Shown here piece after piece: positions 54,801 to 64,000 of a DNA stretch of 64,000 bases. A program made the translations under genes and the position numbers. The notes beneath the pieces were generated by a model that ran no database searches, was not told the origin of the DNA, and saw only the letters and a list, made by a program, of their open reading frames with translations. The DNA is from Trichoplax adhaerens (taxonomy: Eukaryota; Animalia; Placozoa): NCBI RefSeq assembly GCF_000150275.1, contig NW_002060943.1:12657694-12721693 (forward strand), in the 5' to 3' direction. The number at the start of each line of letters is the position of its first letter. Positions within the stretch are counted from its first letter, which is position 1.

Positions 54801-57800
54801 CATTGATTGGAAATTTTGTCATTAATGCCATCATTGTGTAATATGAAAGGTCCTAACTTTTCTTTGCCAATTATTCCATGACATTTAGATGTTTAAACGA
54901 TAATCCTATTCCTAATCTATCAATGAGAGTCTTCAAACCAGTGCCAAGTTTAAAATACCTGTATGTTGCAACAATTGTTTTATTTTAATTATCAATAAAT
55001 CGATAGCTTAGGAAAATAGAAAGAAAAGACAGCCAAAATAATTCATTTTATAATTTAAAAAGATATAGCAAATTTCAATAGTGTATCACTCCTGCTATAC
55101 TAATCTTTACAAATAATTATGATACTGTTACTAAATCGCAGTTTTTTAAGTGATCTAAGCGCATAATTGTTTAGCTATATTCAGTAAATAACTATTTCTG
55201 TAGGGTTAGATGACTTCAGTATTTCTTATTCGGTTTCAATGTCTTCAATAGGAGTATTGCATCGGCATATTTGAAAGAATTGAGCTGTACATCCCTACAT
55301 GCGCCTGGCTTACTGCAACTGTATGTGTAATAGCTTGATAAATATCTAAATTTTTCGATGTATATTCTAATTAAAGAATTTAAGATGTCTATATTACTGT
55401 CACGACTTAACTCTTATTAACAGCTTTAAAATAGATTTAAAGTTACCGTAGTTTCTTTGTTCACTCCTAATATTAATTATGTGTGACTTACTTGTACTGT
55501 AAATATAAATTTAATTATGGAGACATTGGCATTTAATCAGTCCTTATAAAGTGACTATGTTGCTACCTGATTCATAAAAAATTAATACGCATGCAACTTT
55601 ATATTAATACTGAGGCCATCTAAGTTCCAATAATCAAAAATTATTTAAAATCCGTAAAGTGCATGAAATGCCTAGTCAATCTTGGAATATGCGAAATAGC
55701 TGCCGAAATAGTTACTTTAGTAATACAGTAGTAGCAAGCTCTGCTCCATATATATCTCCGTGACAGTACTGATACTCATTAAGAAAAACTGAATAATTTT
55801 AAAATACTGGATTGCAGTGTGTCCGTCCGTAGACAAATCTTTTTAGTATAACCGATACTTTGCCTTTAAGTCCAAATTTCTATCATAAGAGATCGTATCA
55901 TAATCTATTTGTCTCAATTACTATATAAGAATTTTATGACAGTACTAAAAAGATTCATTGTAGTAATTTATGACCAAAGTGATATCTATTACAAATACTT
56001 ATTAGCTCTAAATACTATGAACGTAAAATTTTCTAAATTTAGCTATTTCATCTTCTTAGCAGTTTTCACCTGTCACTTGCTTATTTTATAAAATCTAATT
56101 CAAGTTTTTCTGACCTTTGTTAGTCTAAATTACTTAAAAAATGAGCATGATCAGAAATCAAATTATAACTTTTAGCTTTATTTGTAAACAAATCGAGTTG
56201 AATACGTTAAAAGAACATTATTAATTAAACATACAGTACATTTTTTTAGTGCAAAATTAATCAGTTTTTATATCTAATCCCACAATTGGAAAATTATCGG
56301 CAATTACCCAACCGTAGCGATGAGTTCTTGAGACTTACATGAAATCTGTTTGAAGATTCATTATATTATTAGTTCACAAAGTAATAATTAAAACCTTATC
56401 GAAAACATTTAACAATCCTGATTCTTTTTTTAGGCATCTTTATAACTTAAAAATTCAAAGAATTGGACATGGAACATTTAATAAATCAGGCTCCATAGTT
56501 CTTTTGTGAGTGTCGTAGCGTTGTACAATGTACTATCAAGATTAGAGTAGAAATATCGATGTTAGAATAATTTTGTTGGCTTACCTTTATTTAGTGAGTA
56601 TCTAATTAAAATATATGATGCTTAAATATAGCACCAGCTTTTATGGCAGCGATATATAACACAACATATAAACATACAATGAAATTAATAGTTAAATTGG
56701 GAATCGAGAATGATCTACTTACAATTCAAATCACTACGATTGTATGATACTTATATTGAATAGTAGATTATCGTGAAAATATTCTGTGATAGGATATATC
56801 GTAATTTGACTACTTTGTATTAGTCATTAGACGTCTATATTCGGACATAGTGTTGTCTTTATTAGGTAGAAGTAAGTAAAATTAGATTTTGATTCATTGC
56901 AAGGTTCAATGTTAATATTCCTAACTAAGATGTCTGAACTATCGCAAAAGAGTATACTCGTGCTAATGCGGTATACCGTATAATAAAATTAACTCTTAAA
57001 ATTAGTATTTAAAGCAAAATACGAGGCGTTCAAGTCTGTGTAGTCTACTAGTATTGGAAAGGTGTTCTTGATGGAGTATGCATTACTCCCTGATACATGG
57101 TTCAGAGAGTCGACTTATTGATCGTACATTACGTTACCTTACCTTGTTGCAATGCTGTTTAGTACCAGTGAAATAATAAATAATCATTAAATTAGTAAAA
57201 ATATCAAAGCTAACCTAATTACTTAAGAGATGTCAAAATCATTTGTATTTACATAAGATTTTCTGTTAAATTCCATCAGAGATCTGATGAGGAACCAGAT
57301 TCGATCCATTGCTCCGCGTACATTTGATGGTTTAAATAGTTTAAAGATGTTGTAAGCATTATCAATCAGCTCTAAATTAAATATAAATATCTGCGGTTTT
57401 GTTAATTCAAAATTATAGCGAATAATTACTTTTTATATTTCTTGTGGGTATTGTGTCAATCAACAAGTAGTATATCAGCTATATTTTTAACTTCGGCTTG
57501 ATATAGACAAGGTTAAACTTATATCCATGTATTGGGATATTTAAAATTGCTTATTGATTTTTTATACTTGCGTGATTCTTAATATTTTGATTATGTTCAA
57601 TACAAAATATTGAAATACTAACGTTGTTTAATTTTTTAATAGATTTTTAGATTATAATCCGATCGCAATAATACCTTCGAAAATTTTATCAGCAATGCCC
57701 CTCCTTGAAACCTTGTAAATAATAATTTAAATTATTAACTGTTTAATCTTAATGTAATTTCAGAATTAAATTTCCTTTCTATCAACATTCACGATTTAGT

Positions 57801-60800
57801 ACCAGTTCAAAAACTATGGGTCTTTCAATGGAAAGGCATGCTTTCCGAAAGCAATATTATTTGAAAGAGATGTAAGCTTTGCTTTTAGATTTTTTAATTA
57901 AGTATATTCGCGGTTATCTAAGGAAATACCGGAATTTCTAATTGCAAAGTGTCCATGTCGAGTATAGTAATTAATAAGAAATGTGAGTAATATTAGCTCA
58001 TTGCTGCAAATAAACACTTTTCAGCCGGAAATTTCGGCTTCTTTGGTATTAGCATTCCGTTTGCATACACGATATTAGGACCTTGCAGTAATTTGAAATG
58101 TTACAAAAAATTTAATATAAATTAAGAATATTAAAATTGAATATATTAAATTCAGTTGTGATACAGCAACTATGAAATGAGGCATAACTACGAATCTGAA
58201 AGTTCACACTAAAGAACTAACTAAACATGATAGTTTAATTGCATTGTTTAATGTTATTTCAATCCAATAGATATTTAGGCTTTTCAAATTATCGAAGTAT
58301 TGGGTGTGAAACCTTTTCTCAATTACCCAGAATTAGCCTTTTGTAAGAAATCTTTTATTCGGTCTAATTATAGATAATATTATAAAACTGAATCCTAATT
58401 CAATTTATTTAGATACCTAAATTCGGGTATAATATCTCATATTTGCGATGAAGCATTTAGGGACCTTAGGCACCTTTCTATCTTGTAATATGGCTAGTAA
58501 ATGTTATGCAAACATATTAGCGAGACCACTAACGTGATAAATTTGATTTCATACGGTAATCGATGCAATTCAAGTTTCTTACTGCTTGTCTTAAATATTA
58601 AACAGAAATTTAGGAAGCAATAGACTGAAGCATTTAAGCGAATACACTTTTTCTGGGCTCGCATCATTAAAGATTTTGTAAGGAGATTATTTGGCTGTTA
58701 TAGCATTCTTCGTTAGGATCAGACTATTAACCTTTTAAGTACTTTACAGTACTATGGCAACATAACGTGACCATCACTGTTTTTTTTCGATTAATTAATC
58801 TAACCACTGTAATGAATTCATTATTTAATTAAATTATGGAAAGTAAAACACTTAACACCTCTTGCCATGGACTACTAGATAAATGGAATATCTTGAATCG
58901 AGTGGTCCATGGCTACACAGTATCATTGGTGACTTTACATCGGTGAAAAGTGAACAAGGGAATCTTGAAGCTATCATCTTCGCCATTCACTTGTCCACTT
59001 TTTCTTTCGCTTCAGTTACAGTACTGAAAGACGGAGATCGTAATCTTCTCTGTCTCGATCGTGCCCGTAGTTGTAGTTCCCTCCTCTCTCTCTCTCTTTG
59101 ATTTACTTAGGCCAATAAAGCTTCTTTTCTTCGGGAACAATTGTGTCTCTTGTCGACAGTCTAAAACCCAGAACGTGAATGCAGTAATGTAGAACTACAC
59201 GACAGCAGGTCTATTGTAGAGGTCTATTCCTTTCCGTGTTGAACGATCCGCTAGCGTTGGTAACCGGTTGGAAACCAGTGATGCTATCAGTAGCAGCTGT
59301 TAACATCGCCACTAGTATCGTCGTATTTATTAACCTCCATAGTAGTCAAACGATTAAAGCCACGCTGCATAATAAGCGTTAACAGGACAGCACTAGTGCA
59401 AGTACTTGTGTACAGAACGCGAATGCTAAATCATACTACTGTACACTTCATGCTTTTACCAGTAAAGCAAAGCATCGCGATGCGTATACGAGCCCTTTAT
59501 TTGTTTGCTATTCGTCAACTCCGTCGACTACTGCAAGTACTTTTGTACAGAACGCGAATGCTAAATCATACTACACTCCTTGCTTTTACCAGTAAAGCCA
59601 AGCATCGAGATGAGCATGTGAGCGCTTTATTTGTTTGCTTTTCCTCCACTCCGTCGACTACTGCTTCTACTGTTGAGCACGAGCTGTGCCAGTTAGGATC
59701 GATTCAAGTTGCAACCAGTGTTTTAAATTGACAAAAATTTTTAATAATCGCACGTCGTTTAATTTATAAAGCAAATTAATTTTTCAAACTATTACCCACT
59801 CTTCACCCAATAACACAAACTAAGTTTAAAATACTAAAATCTTAAAAATATTAGCAAAAGCAGATGTATTAATTAGTAAAAATTAAAAAAATTGGTTAAT
59901 ACTTTCAATACTGATCTTATGATACCGTAGTCTAATTTATTCATCGCCTCTATATAAGTCGTGGCGGATTTATTGCTTTCCGTAATACCTATAATTTTGC
60001 ATAGGGAAAATGTAGTGCTATGAATCTTAAATTCATTTTCTACTGTTGCAGCATCTAACACCAAATCATCTAGTGTAAAATTATCATTCAAATGTTACGC
60101 TAATCTATCAGATTGACCTAATACTACTGCAATTGAATTATTCTTTTATTAGGCGCCTTTTTGCTGATATTTTAACTTTAACAATAATTATTGGTTGTAA
60201 AAATCTCGCTAAAATTTGAAACCTGAGCATTTATAAATGGGAATGATCTTTGCCGTTCCGCAGTTATTTTAGGAATAATGGCTTTATTAAGAGAATATTA
60301 TTTTAATTTTTCAAATATTTTTCCTTAAAATATAAATTACATTGTCAAGATTCCTAGAGATAGTCTATACCGTTAAATTGATGTAAATATGAGTTCTCCA
60401 AAGCGTAAATGAACGTTTTATGTTTTTATACTGTATTATTTAAAAAATTACCATACATTTTAATTGCAAGCATTAATCTGAATATTAATGTAAGATTTAA
60501 ACATAATCTTGCTTTTATTCTTTGCAGCATGCGCTAATATAAATTAAATTTAAAGTAAATTTGAGCTTAAGCTTATAATAATTGTTGGTCATTCTCTGTA
60601 GGAATTTGCAATTGAATTTGCTCGAGCATTTACCAGCTAAAGTTTTCACTTCCGTTCCTGATCTAAGAATTCTGTAGGCGCTTTCATATTTCCGATACAC
60701 CTTGTGCTTCATGTAGTCAGTAACATCTTCTAAGCTATTGCAATTTTGAAATTTCTTACTACCTTAAATCTGTTTACTGTAACTGACAGTACACCAGGAG

Positions 60801-63297
60801 TAAATAAAAATCAGACTTAACTTATCAAATAAAGCTTTCATGTTTCAGGTCGATTTGATCTACAAAAGTAACTGTCTTTCAAATTGTAGATTTATACATA
60901 GAAATAATTTTAAAACCATTGATGAAAATATCTGCGATGGTCCTAAATATTTACATTGGATGTGAGTATGTCGTATTGACAATACCAGTTTGGACTGGCT
61001 GATGTATAATAATTGACTTTAAGTTTCCAGACTTTTAAACAAATTCGATTTTAATTTTTGTGTAGGTAATGCCTAATGTATTTTAATTTAGCGATATTTA
61101 TATAAATAAATACAGCATATAATGATTTTAGCGTATCTCATATAAACTAGTTATGTTATCACCGCTCATCAAATTCCTAAATTGTAGAAAATTTGAACAT
61201 TCTTAGATTTTATACAAGATGGTCTAAATACAGCTCTACTTTAACAAAATGCGTACAAGCACTAGAAAAGATATTTAGAAATAACAATTGAATTACCTAA
61301 TGTTGCCTATTTGTGTACTTACCGTTGCTTCTGCAGTCTCGAGCAGTATAGCTGTCATAGCAATATACTACATTATTTCACAATTATTCAAGTTATAGTT
61401 ATCAATATTTACCGGCCATGTACTGCGAAGGATCATTTACAAAAAATGTTATTGTAGCAGCGACAATATTTATGTAGATATTGTTTCCGACCAGTTACAG
61501 TACGATGAACTATTTATATACTAACGTAGAAGTTGTGCATCTATCTTTACTTTTAGCATTAAATAATGATTCGGCACCTAACGAGCTGTATACCGTCATC
61601 TGCACTTTAAAATAGAATCTACATTTATAGTCTATTTTCTACAAATTACTAAATACGCCTGACGATATAATATCGTAAGCTTAGGTACCATACATCGAAA
61701 TAGCCATGACTATTAATTTACAATTCAATACGACGTCACATCACAATTGGCTTTAATTTTATAAATATTCATTATAAAATAATCTTTGCAAACAGATTTA
61801 CATACTAATTTTTATTACAGAGCCCTGTTTGCTAATCAAATAGAATCACTTAATGTCCAAGCTTTAAAGGGTTGCTCCAAAACTATACAAAATTTGTAAG
61901 AAATTTATAAAACATGACTCTTTCATTATATACTAATTGAAATAGGTATCATACATCTGATTAAATATAACAATTGATCAATCTTACGGTACGATAATGA
62001 GCTAATAAGCAATCAAAATATTACGACTTAACTTTAAACCAAATAAACTTAGAGATTTAGATGCCAATATAATCCGGTATATCAATACATCAGATTTTTC
62101 AATTTTTCCTAAATTGAAAAAACTGTAAGTCAATTATCGTAAGTTACCAAGAAATTTAATTTAAATTACTATTGTTTTCATGCAATATATACGTCATACT
62201 ATAGACGCTTATATTTGATTGCATGACATAAACCGTTAACTTTCGCTTTAAAGGCACTGACTTTTGCTCCTGATTAATATCGTGTAGTACTTCTTATATT
62301 AAGATCTTAAAACTTTACTCGAATGATCGATAGTTACTCAGTAACTATAATAAAGAATTAAAGATGGATTCCTTAATGATCTATCTTATAAAAATATAGT
62401 AGATGAACATAAACAGTAGCATCGAAAGAATTGATAATTTTTTAAATCTTGTTAAAACATGAAGCTGCCATCTTTTCTTCATTAATTTCGAAGGTTTTGT
62501 ATAAAACACTACATAAAATTTTCGAATTGCTTTTTATAATACACTAAAATGTACTGTAAGGTTGTGCTGGTTTGCAGAATTAGCATGTAATACGATAATT
62601 TTCCTTTTGATATACTGCATCCTATGCAGAAATTTTGTACGGTTGCAAAGTCAGTAACCGTCTAATTTTAAGGATGGGTATATAATGGCTTTTATAGCCT
62701 AATAACCAATACACGTTAATATGATTACAATATCTAATTATACTGCAGGTAATTCTAATATGCTGCACAGTATTACTATAAAATTTGAACTACAAAATAC
62801 AGATTACAGTTCGTGTAAGATGCAACATGCCTTAACATAATTCTTACTATCTAACGAAGAATTAGTTTCAGTCACAATTAAATAACCAGTTATTGTAAGT
62901 AATTTTACTTCTTCGGCAAGCAATAAAATTCTGATATAATAACATTGCTATAAGTTTTCAACAATATCATTTTTTGATAACGATAGTCGTTTCTTCTAAA
63001 TTTACCTTTAAGACATTTTAAATATTGTTAGAGGGATTTTAACGGTAGCTGTAGGCATTTTAATTTTTACTATTTTAGAAATATTGTGAGTTGGCAAGCT
63101 CAATCCTTTATTATTTATGTGATTATAGATGATAAAATGCCAGGATATAGTTCAACCTTAGTAGGTTTTCCTTTGTTTCTCATTGACTAATTAAATATCT
63201 TGTCATAACTATGCCGTTATAGAAACTTAGGTTTTAATCCAATCGAAAAATTAGAATCTGCGCCGAATGTAAAATCTTTATATGAGTTTGAAACCTT
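51813..63297 (+). CDS. 5' part of a large extracellular LRR protein (LRRNT + 17 one-repeat exons); probable LRR receptor such as an LRR-GPCR; C-terminus beyond the window; possibly decaying
   Basis: The LRRNT exon is 51813-51921 (PCIYGCSCSMAEMKC). AG/GT-bounded phase 2-2 exons lie at 53131-53202, 53716-53790, 54117-54188, 54335-54406, 54889-54960, 55252-55320, 56434-56505, 57280-57351, 57643-57714, 57800-57871, 58271-58342, 58413-58484, 58606-58677, 60890-60961, 61821-61895, 62053-62124 and 63223-63297. Examples read NLRSNQLTHIQDKTFQSLKKMEHL and DLMRNQIRSIAPRTFDGLNSLKML. The start/signal exon was not resolved. Confidence 0.82.
52180..52728 (+). mobile_element. Old family-C-related repeat in an LRR intron
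   Basis: Shares ggcta(a)agtagagctgtat.tag with ~40165 and aligns over ~500 bp to the reverse complement of 61180-61720 (e.g. acataaatattgt.gctg.tac.ataa). It ends aagtttagtttaaca, like family B. Confidence 0.5.
59397..59664. repeat. Two-copy tandem repeat, ~135-bp unit
   Basis: tgcaagtactt.tgtacagaacgcgaatgctaaatcatactac...ctccgtcgactactgc starts at both 59397 and 59532. Confidence 0.9.
61154..61740 (-). mobile_element. Old family-C-related repeat (TG...CA, ~590 bp) in an LRR intron
   Basis: Starts TGTTATCACCG..AAATTGTAGAAAAT, like 43157, and ends ...CGTCACA. It is an inverted homologue of 52180-52728. No intact TSD. Confidence 0.5.
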
Positions 63298-64000
63298 GTA
63301 AGAGACTAAGATAAATAATGATATTATTATTAGCTAAAATTTAAAGTGAACCTTGATTTTTCGTGTTCTAATCTATCGTGCGGTACTATGGAAATCCGGA
63401 TAAGGAAGTAATGTTGCACCTGCCCTTTATTGAGATTGATCAATTTGCTAAATTGCGTATAAAAGTAGTATAATCTGATAAAATAGACTTGCACATGCTT
63501 AGTTTGTGAGGAGCTAGCAAAGTATGGCATCACTAAATCAATCCTGGCAATTTTTACTAGTGTTGTTCACGTTTATATCTATAGAATGAAAGAGAAATTA
63601 TAATAGAATCGATCGATTATTAGTGTTTCGCTGATGTTTTTTGCCATGTATTTGGATTGTACTGTAACTGTAATCTACTCTTAAACATAGACATTTTGTA
63701 TTGCTATTAAATACAGACACATTTACAGTCTGTTCGCTCTACATTCAAATATGGCTTACTACATTTAGTTATTACAGTCCTCGCTATTTTCTACAATCAA
63801 CTGCTATTCTATAACCTGTTATGGTATATGTTGTATCTAATCCTACAATCATGTTCTCTGCATGTGTTCTAATGCCATAGCTATAAATACCGCCGTTTTC
63901 TACCTTAGATTTGTTAAGTGGCATTATTAGTCACAGTTAGTATTCACACTTTACTCATGGCAGCTACCACGCTGATCTACCGCCATTATCACATTGTACC

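Noticed and set aside
1-64000. tRNA, rRNA and structured ncRNA genes
   Set aside because: No cloverleaf or rRNA-like conserved motifs recognised by eye; a covariance-model scan would be needed to exclude small RNAs.

Overview
This is AT-rich, intron-rich eukaryotic DNA. The long 42-aa TPR array, one-LRR-per-exon receptor and short introns suggest an early-branching animal, most plausibly a placozoan such as Trichoplax; that assignment is inference. Manual splicing gives two apparently complete + strand genes and one partial one. (1) A ~2017-aa protein with about 33 TPRs fused to a ZU5-UPA-Death-like module (4975-11697), a PIDD/ankyrin/UNC5-type signalling tail on a TPR scaffold. (2) A ~2795-aa MUC13/HEG1-like transmembrane mucin (S/T-rich, EGF, SEA, EGFs, TM; 24384-35173) with a 738-bp higher-order repeat and a GC-AG intron. 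(3) The 5' part of an LRR gene built from 17 intact 69-75-nt symmetric exons plus several dead cassettes (from 51813, running off the window). Between them lie decayed minus-strand genes: an iGluR-like pseudogene, TPR and CARD remnants facing the TPR-Death gene, and two F-box remnants. There are also many 0.5-0.6-kb TG...CA solo-LTR-like elements with 5-bp target duplications, including a three-level nested insertion whose empty sites are present in the same window. An assembly gap lies at 36391-36849. All domain calls were made by eye from motif similarity and need HMM confirmation.
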